A stretch of 52,843 nt of DNA from a virus (lineage: Duplodnaviria > Caudoviricetes), in IMG/VR virus record IMGVR_UViG_3300050166_000172, positions 1 to 52,843 of that record, one strand, 5' to 3'. The notes beneath the pieces are model-generated. The model was not told the DNA's origin, ran no database searches, and saw only the letters and a program-made list of their open reading frames with translations. Below, one piece after another: positions 9,052 to 16,685 of the stretch. A program made the translations under genes and the position numbers. The first letter of the stretch is position 1, and every line of letters starts with the position of its first letter.

Positions 9052-9528
9052 ATGGAAACATTAGAAATTAGTAAGGCAAACGCCTTGAAAGCACACAAAG
9101 ATGCAAATACTAAAGGTAAATCACTTTTAGAAAACTTATTTGGAAAAAAATTTTTCTTAAAAGACATAAAAGACAGAATAAGCTGTTTTGATGATGTTTT
9201 AAAAGAAAATGGTACTACAAGAGAAGAATTTGAAAAATCATGTAAAGATTTAGATCCTGACGAAATTGCTTATAAAATGGCAAAATTAGTATGCCTTGTT
9301 TATAATGAAGGTTGGATTCCAGACTGGAATAATAGTAATGAATACAAATATTACCCGTGGTTTGAAATGGGTTCCTCTTCGGGCGTCGGTTTTTCGTACT
9401 ACGGCTGCGATTACTGGCTTTCGGATTCGAGTGTCGGCTCGCGCCTTTGCTTTAAATCTTCTGATTTAGCAAAACACGCTGGTAAACTTTTTGAACAAGA
9501 AATTTATAAACCATTATTCACAATTTAA
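9052..9528 (+). CDS. DGR target protein 1
   Basis: Contains VR1; WIPDW..KYYPWF...VGSRLCF; paralog of next gene. Confidence 0.9.
   Translation: METLEISKANALKAHKDANTKGKSLLENLFGKKFFLKDIKDRISCFDDVLKENGTTREEFEKSCKDLDPDEIAYKMAKLVCLVYNEGWIPDWNNSNEYKYYPWFEMGSSSGVGFSYYGCDYWLSDSSVGSRLCFKSSDLAKHAGKLFEQEIYKPLFTI
9370..9450 (+). repeat. DGR variable repeat VR1
   Basis: 81 bp, 15 mismatches to TR, all at TR adenines. Confidence 0.96.
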
Positions 9529-9540
9529 TATATAAAAATT

Positions 9541-9915
9541 ATGTATACAAAAATTAAAACATTTGAAGATGCTTGTGTTAAAGAAAATCTTGATCCTAAT
9601 ACGGTAATTCCTGATTTTTCATTATTCCCAGAAAAAGATAGACAAGCAATGATTGACCATGCTAAATTGATTATTATAAACAAAGCAATAAATGAAGACT
9701 GGATTCCTGATTGGTTAAATTATAACCAAACTAAATATTACCCGTGGTTTGAAATGGGTTCCTCTTCGGGCGTCGGTTTTTCGTGCGACGACTACGTTGA
9801 CTGGAGTACGAGTTCGAATGTCGGCTCGCGCCTTTGCTTTGAAAGTAGAGAAAAGGCAATTTATGCAGGCAAAACTTTTATAGAGTTGTATAAATCATAC
9901 TTTGTAAAAGAATAA
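9541..9915 (+). CDS. DGR target protein 2
   Basis: Contains VR2; WIPDW..KYYPWF...VGSRLCF. Confidence 0.9.
   Translation: MYTKIKTFEDACVKENLDPNTVIPDFSLFPEKDRQAMIDHAKLIIINKAINEDWIPDWLNYNQTKYYPWFEMGSSSGVGFSCDDYVDWSTSSNVGSRLCFESREKAIYAGKTFIELYKSYFVKE
9757..9837 (+). repeat. DGR variable repeat VR2
   Basis: 81 bp, 12 mismatches to TR, all at TR adenines. Confidence 0.96.
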
Positions 9916-9920
9916 AAAAA

Positions 9921-10110
9921 AAGGTTGTGTGGTGTAGTTGCTGTAGTTCCTCTTCAGGCGTCAGTTTTTCGTACAACGACTACGATAACTGGAATACGAA
10001 TTCGAATGTCAGCTCGCACCTTAGCAAAAAAATAAACACCACAGACCTTGCTTACATAGCAAAAAATAACAATTTTAAAAGGTTCGTTAGTAAATAATTG
10101 AAAACGAACC
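9921..10110 (+). ncRNA. Putative structured DGR template RNA (TR plus pairing flanks)
   Basis: 9921-9935 pairs with 10036-10049 around TR; hairpins at 10048-10062 and 10081-10110. Confidence 0.6.
9945..10025 (+). repeat. DGR template repeat (TR)
   Basis: Intergenic, AAC/AAT-rich copy with 21 adenines, just upstream of RT. Confidence 0.96.
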
Positions 10111-10125
10111 ATTAAAGCAAAGGCA

Positions 10126-11088
10126 ATGAAAAGAATAGGAAATTTATATCAAAAAATAATATCGAAAGAAAATCTTTTAGCTTCAGAACTAAAAGCAAGA
10201 AAAGGTAAGTCATTTCAATATGGTGTTCGTGTTTTTGATAAAAACAAATTGGAACTTATTGATCAACTTTATAATGAATTGAAAAGTAAAAATTTTAAAA
10301 CTTCTCAATACACAACTTTTACTGTTTTTGAACCTAAAGAAAGATTAGTTTTTAGACTTCCATACTTTCCAGACAGAATATTACATCATGCAATTATGAA
10401 TATTATGGAGCCTTTATTTACAAAATGGTTTACAAATGATACCTATAGCTCAATTAAAGGAAAAGGCATTCATAATGCAGCCAATAACTTAAAAAAAGCA
10501 TTAAAAGACAAATTAAATACAAAGTATTGTTTAAAGCTAGACATTGTAAAGTTTTATCCAAACATAAATCACAATGTTTTAAAGCAACAACTTCGAAAAA
10601 AAATCAAGGACCAGGATTTACTTTGGTTATTAGATGAAATTATTGAGAGTGCTGAAGGATTACCAATTGGCAACTATTTAAGTCAATATTTTGCTAACTT
10701 TTATTTAACCAGTTTTGACCACTGGATAAAAGAAGAAAAGCAAATTAAATATTACTTCAGATATGCTGATGATATTGTAATTCTATCACAATCAAAAGAG
10801 CATTTACACCAAGTTTTATCAGATATTAAACTGTATTTAAATGATAATTTAAAACTTCAAATTAAAAATAATTATCAAATATTTCCAGTTAAAGCTCGGG
10901 GAATTGATTTTGTTGGATATGTTTTTTACCATACACACACATTGCTACGAAAATCAATTAAAAAAAGATTTGCAAAAGCAATATCAAAAAAGAAAAATAA
11001 CCAAACAATAGCGGCTTACAATGGTTGGACAAAACATTGTAACGCAAAACACTTACTTAAAAAATTATTACCTAATGAACAATTTTAA
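10126..11088 (+). CDS. DGR reverse transcriptase
   Basis: LKLDIVKFYPNI, GLPIGNYLSQ (DGR-type IGxxxSQ), YFRYADD, GIDFVGY; 320 aa, no maturase/endonuclease domain. Confidence 0.95.
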   Translation: MKRIGNLYQKIISKENLLASELKARKGKSFQYGVRVFDKNKLELIDQLYNELKSKNFKTSQYTTFTVFEPKERLVFRLPYFPDRILHHAIMNIMEPLFTKWFTNDTYSSIKGKGIHNAANNLKKALKDKLNTKYCLKLDIVKFYPNINHNVLKQQLRKKIKDQDLLWLLDEIIESAEGLPIGNYLSQYFANFYLTSFDHWIKEEKQIKYYFRYADDIVILSQSKEHLHQVLSDIKLYLNDNLKLQIKNNYQIFPVKARGIDFVGYVFYHTHTLLRKSIKKRFAKAISKKKNNQTIAAYNGWTKHCNAKHLLKKLLPNEQF

Positions 11089-11371
11089 AGATTTTGATAT
11101 TAAGCCAGTGATAACAAATTTTGTTGGTGAAAAAATTACTACTCAAAAAATACTTGATAAAGAAATTATTGTAATTGACTTCAAAATTTTGCCATCAAAA
11201 TTTGACGGAAAAGGAGATAGATTAGACTTGCAAATTGAGTATAGAGATGAACCAAGAGTTATTTTTACAGGTGGTAAATACCTAATACAAACAATAGAAA
11301 AAGTACCAAAAGATAAGTTTCCATTTAAAACAAAAATAACTAAAAATGGAGAGCATTTGGAATTTACTTAA
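11075..11371 (+). CDS. Small RT-coupled protein, candidate DGR accessory factor
   Basis: ATG at 11075 overlaps RT 3' end by 14 nt; beta-strand-like pattern, FPFKTKI motif. Confidence 0.7.
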   Translation: MNNFKDFDIKPVITNFVGEKITTQKILDKEIIVIDFKILPSKFDGKGDRLDLQIEYRDEPRVIFTGGKYLIQTIEKVPKDKFPFKTKITKNGEHLEFT

Positions 11372-11383
11372 TTTTTTAAAATC

Positions 11384-11824
11384 ATGATTTATAATCCTCA
11401 AAAAGAAATCGACATCAAACGTGCAATTGAAAAACTCAAATACTATATCCAAAAAGGAAGGCCGTTTGAACTGAAACAAATGCAAGTAAAAAAATCAATT
11501 AATCAAAATAGTTACTTCCACGCAATTGTAAGTTGGTTTTCTTTTGAATATGGGGAACCAGCAGATTACGTAAAGCAAGAAATTATTAAAAAAATTGTTT
11601 GCCCAGAAATTTTTAAAACGGAATCGGTAAATAAAATAACCGGTGAAGTTAGAGCCGACTGGAAAAGCTTTGCTGTAATTACAAAAGATGAAACCACATA
11701 TGTAATTAACAAGTTTAGAGATTACTCCAGCAAACAAGCAGGTATCTACTTACCTACTCCAGAAGAAAAAGATTTCTTAAAAGAAATTGAAGTGCAACTA
11801 AAAAATAATCAACAATACTTATGA
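11384..11824 (+). CDS. NinB/Orf-like recombination accessory protein
   Basis: KSINQNSYFH motif resembling NinB family RSxxQN; GIYLP near C-terminus. Confidence 0.55.
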   Translation: MIYNPQKEIDIKRAIEKLKYYIQKGRPFELKQMQVKKSINQNSYFHAIVSWFSFEYGEPADYVKQEIIKKIVCPEIFKTESVNKITGEVRADWKSFAVITKDETTYVINKFRDYSSKQAGIYLPTPEEKDFLKEIEVQLKNNQQYL

Positions 11825-12102
11825 GAAAAGAAACACTAAATGCTAAATTTTATAACCACAAGGAAAATAAAATTGCAAACCAAGAACATTTTGAGAAAAA
11901 CAAAAAAGAGTTCTCAAAACAATGCCAAATCGTTTATGATGCGCTTATGCGTGGCGAACGATTAACAACTACAAAAGCTTTAATTCAATACGGAGTTGGC
12001 GACTTAAGAAGAAGAGTAAAAGACCTTAAAGACATTTGGAACATCCCAGTAAAAGACCAGTATGTACAAGGCAAATTTAAAGAGTATTTTTTAATCAATT
12101 AA
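11821..12102 (+). CDS. Small winged-HTH protein
   Basis: L..GERLT...A..YG..L.RR..DL pattern. Confidence 0.55.
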   Translation: MRKETLNAKFYNHKENKIANQEHFEKNKKEFSKQCQIVYDALMRGERLTTTKALIQYGVGDLRRRVKDLKDIWNIPVKDQYVQGKFKEYFLIN

Positions 12103-12110
12103 TTATTATT

Positions 12111-12713
12111 ATGACAAAGAAAGTTTTTACTATCGACACTGAAAAGTTAGATAAAATGACAAAAAAAGTAGAGGAAATATCTAACAAAGAGTTAGAAATT
12201 AAAAGCGCTAATATTAGCGATGCACTTTGTAATTACTCGTATGAGTTATTAAAAGGAAAAACAAAAGGCGATACGCTTCAAAGAAAAGGAGCTCATATCG
12301 TTCACGATGATTTGCAAATAAAATTTGATAATCTAAATGTGTTTTTAGCGCATCTTGATGACGCATACACAGGTAACAAAAACACAACTCCTCTTTCAGA
12401 ATTAGAAGATGAAATTGAAGTTGAAAAATACCATGTTACTGGTTTTAGTATTTCTGGAGTTGAAGAAAATAGATCAGTTATTCTTTCAGGATGGAAAGAA
12501 GTAACAGAAGGGATAGTTAAATACCCAGCTCCTAAAATAAAATATTCAGGCTCATATCTATACTTGAGCGAATTGAAAGAAAGGGTACAAGAAGCAATTG
12601 AAGAGGTGGAACAATACATGAATGGTAAAACAGCTCCACAAGATGATCCTAATCAAGTTGTAATGTCTTTTAGCGAAGAAGATGCCGCTTTTGAACAAGG
12701 AAAAGTAAATTAA
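12111..12713 (+). CDS. Hypothetical phage protein
   Basis: 200-aa ORF in operon. Confidence 0.7.
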   Translation: MTKKVFTIDTEKLDKMTKKVEEISNKELEIKSANISDALCNYSYELLKGKTKGDTLQRKGAHIVHDDLQIKFDNLNVFLAHLDDAYTGNKNTTPLSELEDEIEVEKYHVTGFSISGVEENRSVILSGWKEVTEGIVKYPAPKIKYSGSYLYLSELKERVQEAIEEVEQYMNGKTAPQDDPNQVVMSFSEEDAAFEQGKVN

Positions 12714-12715
12714 TC

Positions 12716-13876
12716 ATGGCTTTTCAACTTCGACCATACCAATCGGAATCAATTAATTTAAGTGTTGATTTTTTAAAAGGTAATTCAAACCAAAAAAGTG
12801 GTTTAGTTATTCTTCCTACAGGTTCTGGTAAGTCAGTTGTAATTGCTAAAATTTTGGAACCATTGGAGGGCAAAACTATTGTCCTCCAACCTTCCAAAGA
12901 AATTTTAGAACAGAACTTTGAAAAATTTTCTAATTACGGAAAAGCCTCAATATATAGCGCATCAGCTGGAGAAAAAAGAATTGATAAAGTTACTTTTTGT
13001 ACCATCGGAAGCATCATTAATAAAAAGCATTTATTTAAGGGATTACAAAATATTCTTATAGATGAATGCCATTTAGTTAATTCAGATGCTGGAATGTACC
13101 AGGACTTTATAAAATCTTTTCCTGAAGCAAAAGTGCTTGGATTAACGGCCACTCCTTATCGATTAGAACAAACTTCTGAAGGACCACAACTTACTTTTTT
13201 AACCAGAAGCATACCGAGAATTTTTGACAACGTTTTATACTACGTTCAAAACGATTTATTATTTAATTCTGGTTTTTTAGCTGAATTAGAGTATTACAAT
13301 TTTGATGTAATTGATCGTTCGAAATTAGAAGTAAATAGTTCGGGAACAGACTTTACACAAAATTCATTAAGAAGATATTACAAATCAATTGATATGCCTA
13401 CAAGAATAGCAAAAACAGCCTATTCTGTTTTAAATAAAAGAAGTAATATTTTGATTTTCTGTGCTTTAATTGAAGAAGCAATTTCTGTTCAAAGAAAAAT
13501 ACCAGGATCTGCAGTTTTAACTGGAGAAACAAAGAAAATTGAACGTGAGAAAATTTTAAGCCAATTTAAAAACGGAAAAATCAAATGTTTAATAAATGTT
13601 GGTGTATTGACTACTGGATTTGATTATCCAGCGTTAGAAGCAGTTTTAATGGCTCGTTCTACAATGTCATTATCACTTTACTATCAAATTGTAGGTCGTG
13701 TGATGCGAATTTTTACGTATGCCGACGGAACTAAGAAAAAAGGATGGTTTGTAGATATGGGAGGAAATATAAACTTCTTTGGAAAAATTGAAACTATGAA
13801 AATAATTGAAAATGAAAATGGTTTTTCAATATGGAATAATGGCCGACAATTGACAAACGTGCCTTTTAAAAAGTAA
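12716..13876 (+). CDS. SF2 DExH helicase (RadD/YejH-like)
   Basis: LRPYQ, PTGSGKS, DECH, TAT, TGFD, QIVGRVMR motifs. Confidence 0.93.
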   Translation: MAFQLRPYQSESINLSVDFLKGNSNQKSGLVILPTGSGKSVVIAKILEPLEGKTIVLQPSKEILEQNFEKFSNYGKASIYSASAGEKRIDKVTFCTIGSIINKKHLFKGLQNILIDECHLVNSDAGMYQDFIKSFPEAKVLGLTATPYRLEQTSEGPQLTFLTRSIPRIFDNVLYYVQNDLLFNSGFLAELEYYNFDVIDRSKLEVNSSGTDFTQNSLRRYYKSIDMPTRIAKTAYSVLNKRSNILIFCALIEEAISVQRKIPGSAVLTGETKKIEREKILSQFKNGKIKCLINVGVLTTGFDYPALEAVLMARSTMSLSLYYQIVGRVMRIFTYADGTKKKGWFVDMGGNINFFGKIETMKIIENENGFSIWNNGRQLTNVPFKK

Positions 13877-14018
13877 ATTATGGAAGAAGATTATACTGAT
13901 GATATATCACAATTAGAAGATTACAATAAAAAACTTCAAGATTATATAAATCACAGACGATCTGAATTTATTGATTTACTTGAAGAAAAGAAAAGAGTTG
14001 AATTAATACTTAAAAAAC

Positions 14019-14771
14019 ATGGCAGAGAATAAGAAATCATTTGTGCAATATTCTGACTATCTAACAATATTTCAAAAATTAGTAAAAAACGATAGAGAAA
14101 ATAAAACAAATAATGCTGGTGAATTGTCTCTATTAATTTACGAATATGTAAACGATTTAGATCCTACTCCTGTAAATTTTATAGTAGAAATGGCTTTTGA
14201 ACCAATAAAACTTCAATTAAAAAGAGATTTAAAAAGTTGGGATGTTGTTAAAGAAAAACGTTCAATAGCAGGAAAAGCTAGTGCCGAAGCTAAAAAAACG
14301 TTAAAAGAAAATCAACAAAATTCAACAAAATCAACACATGTTGATTTTGTTGAACAAAATTCAACAAAATCAACTGTTAATGTTAATGATAATGTTACTG
14401 TTAATGTTACTGATAATAATAACAACATACCCGAAATTAAAAATTTCGGTGATTGTGATTTAGAAAAAAATTTATTTCACGCAAAGGTTTTAAAATTTGA
14501 AAGCCCTACTTGGATGGAATCAGTTTCCATGCAACAAAAAATTTCTATCGAAGAAATTAAAATCAAAATCGATGAATTCGTTTTGTTTTTACAAACTACG
14601 CAAACGGAACACAAAATTAAAAAAGCATTTATTGAACATTTTATCAATTGGCTAACCAAAAAAATAAATTCAGAAAAAAATGGAAAACAGCAATATTCAA
14701 GTTCCAGCGGTAAAAAACAATTCCGCTTTAGCACAGCTGATGCAATCGAAACCATTGCTAGCAGTGATTAA
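14019..14771 (+). CDS. Replication initiator (lambda O-like, DUF6291-type N-terminus)
   Basis: KKSFV.Y N-terminus, R..AG..S motif, internal iteron-like repeats. Confidence 0.7.
   Translation: MAENKKSFVQYSDYLTIFQKLVKNDRENKTNNAGELSLLIYEYVNDLDPTPVNFIVEMAFEPIKLQLKRDLKSWDVVKEKRSIAGKASAEAKKTLKENQQNSTKSTHVDFVEQNSTKSTVNVNDNVTVNVTDNNNNIPEIKNFGDCDLEKNLFHAKVLKFESPTWMESVSMQQKISIEEIKIKIDEFVLFLQTTQTEHKIKKAFIEHFINWLTKKINSEKNGKQQYSSSSGKKQFRFSTADAIETIASSD
14311..14427. repeat. Probable phage replication origin (iterons) within initiator gene
   Basis: AACAAAATTCAACAAAATCAAC at 14314-14335 and 14353-14374; 16-bp-arm palindrome 14321-14354; TGTTAA/TGTTAC repeats. Confidence 0.65.
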
Positions 14772-15510
14772 TGAAGATTACCCAAAATTAAAAGAAATTC
14801 AAAACGATCAAGAAACAGATGGTTTGATAAATTATCTAATAACAATTTTGAATATAAAAGTTTCTAACGAAGATGAAGCTAAGGATTTACAAATTCAAAT
14901 GCTTGTAGTTTCTGATTTTTTGAAAACAAAATTTGGAAATCTAACTATTCCAGAAATAAAAGAAGCTTTTAAAATGTATGCTGCAAGAGAGTTTTCTAAA
15001 ATAAAAGTATTTCGAATATTAGATTGTATTTCTATTGGCGAAGTATTACAAGCATATATAGAATTCAGAAATGATAGTTTACGGACCTATACCAGTCAAA
15101 AACAAATTCTTTTAAGCGCTTTGCCTGAAAAAACATTCGAAGAAAAAAAAGAAATCAGATTAAAGTTTATTGAAATGCTTTATGAAGAAATCAAAAAAGA
15201 TAAATTTTCTAATAGTGCTTGGTTATTATACGATGAATTTTATAATTCAGGTAAAATAAAAATCACAGACCAGAAAAAAAAGGAAATATATAATAAACAA
15301 TTACTTGTTTATGCAACTGAACAAAGAATAGAAATTGCTAAAAAAAGTACCATCTTATCAAAATCACTACTTGAAGATTTGAATAAAAAAATCAAGTCTG
15401 GATCCCCTATTCAAATAGTTAAAAATAAATGCAAAAACATTATTGTTTGCGATTATTTGAAGAAAAACATGTACGACTTAGAAGATTTTAAAAAAGCAAT
15501 TATTGGATAA
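14680..15510 (+). CDS. Hypothetical protein, possibly helicase loader (P position)
   Basis: Overlaps initiator; LTIPEIKEAF motif. Confidence 0.55.
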   Translation: MENSNIQVPAVKNNSALAQLMQSKPLLAVINEDYPKLKEIQNDQETDGLINYLITILNIKVSNEDEAKDLQIQMLVVSDFLKTKFGNLTIPEIKEAFKMYAAREFSKIKVFRILDCISIGEVLQAYIEFRNDSLRTYTSQKQILLSALPEKTFEEKKEIRLKFIEMLYEEIKKDKFSNSAWLLYDEFYNSGKIKITDQKKKEIYNKQLLVYATEQRIEIAKKSTILSKSLLEDLNKKIKSGSPIQIVKNKCKNIIVCDYLKKNMYDLEDFKKAIIG

Positions 15511-15757
15511 AATGAAAGTTTCAGAAATATTAAAAAGTGAGAAGTACGCAATTAGTGTAAGTACTTTAGAACAAGCAAAAAAGTTAGTCCCAATCTATAA
15601 AAACTTTGATGATTTGGAGTTGTTTTTTAATAACGACCCAAATCATGTTGAATATGTTGGAGCTAGACATACCATGAACAAAGGATTTCATTTATACTTT
15701 GTTCATAAGGAAGGAAAAAAAATAATTGAATTTGAAAATATAGAAATTGATATATAA
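15503..15757 (+). CDS. Hypothetical protein
   Basis: Coupled ORF. Confidence 0.55.
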   Translation: MDKMKVSEILKSEKYAISVSTLEQAKKLVPIYKNFDDLELFFNNDPNHVEYVGARHTMNKGFHLYFVHKEGKKIIEFENIEIDI

Positions 15758-16182
15758 TGGCAAAACTTTTAATTGGAATAGATCCTGATGTGGATAAGTC
15801 CGGTGTAGCTTTCAAGAATGGAAATAACTACACATTAGAGAATTTAACTTTTTTTGAATTGTTTGATTTTCTAAAATTCTACAAGGAGAGAGAAGAAAAA
15901 CCAATTGTTTACATTGAAAAAGGTTCTTTAAATAAATCAAATTGGCACACTAAACAAAGTCATTCAGCTGCATTTAATTCTAAAATTGGCGAAAACACAG
16001 GGAGAAACTTTGAAACTGCCAATAAAATTATTGAAATGTGCCAGTATTTAAAACTTCCATATGTAGAAGTAAAACCAACAAGAAAAAAAATAGATTCAGG
16101 CACTTTTAAAAAACTAACTGGATTTACTAAAAGAACAAACCAAGAGCAGCGCGATGCATTTATGCTGATTTTTGGTCGATAA
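15757..16182 (+). CDS. RNase H-fold (RuvC-like) nuclease, probable resolvase
   Basis: IGIDPD..KSG, VYIE, N.E.RDA acidic motifs. Confidence 0.7.
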   Translation: MAKLLIGIDPDVDKSGVAFKNGNNYTLENLTFFELFDFLKFYKEREEKPIVYIEKGSLNKSNWHTKQSHSAAFNSKIGENTGRNFETANKIIEMCQYLKLPYVEVKPTRKKIDSGTFKKLTGFTKRTNQEQRDAFMLIFGR

Positions 16183-16267
16183 TACTTCAAATTTCTCTTT
16201 CACAGAAAAATTAATCAACCCAATATTGCTCAAACAAATTAGTATAAACTTATTAAAAATTAAAAAA

Positions 16268-16684
16268 ATGAAATCAACAGAAGCCTTTAAAACAACAATT
16301 AATAACCATTTGGTATCATTAGCCGAAAAAGATGAGTTATTCTCTGAAACCTTTAAAAAAGAAGGTAAAAATATTGATGACTGCATAACTTACATTCTAA
16401 ATGAAGTTCAAAAAAGCGGTTGTAATGGTTTTGCAGACGAAGAAATTTTTGCAATGGCAGTTCATTACTACGATGAAGATGATTTAAAACCAGGTAAAAA
16501 AATTAATGCAAAAGTAGTTGTTAACCATGTTGTTGAATTAACCGAAGAGGACAAAGAAAATGCAAAACAAAAAGCAATACAGCAAGCTATTGAAGAAGCA
16601 AAAGAAAAATTGCAGAAAAAGAAGACGCCAAAAAAAGTAGTTGAAACTAAAAGTTTAGAACCTCAAATCGATTTATTTAGTTAA
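16268..16684 (+). CDS. PcfK-like / AcrIIA9-family protein
   Basis: MKSTEAFK..DELF..KNIDDCITYILNEV.KSGC.G..DEE...AVHYYDED..VVVNH.VELTEE; likely start ATG 16268. Confidence 0.82.
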   Translation: MKSTEAFKTTINNHLVSLAEKDELFSETFKKEGKNIDDCITYILNEVQKSGCNGFADEEIFAMAVHYYDEDDLKPGKKINAKVVVNHVVELTEEDKENAKQKAIQQAIEEAKEKLQKKKTPKKVVETKSLEPQIDLFS

Positions 16685-16685
16685 A

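Noticed and set aside
9370-10025. Three repeats as a CRISPR array
   Set aside because: Units are 81 bp, irregularly spaced and two are protein-coding; no cas genes.
10126-11088. RT as group II intron, retron or Abi RT
   Set aside because: No maturase/endonuclease domain or retron VTG motif. The IGxxxSQ motif and adjacent TR/VR pairs with A-only mismatches identify a DGR.
16172-16267. N-terminal extension of the PcfK ORF, and similarly 11021-11074 and 3211-3276
   Set aside because: Family similarity or A-rich initiation context begins at downstream ATGs (16268, 11075, 3277).
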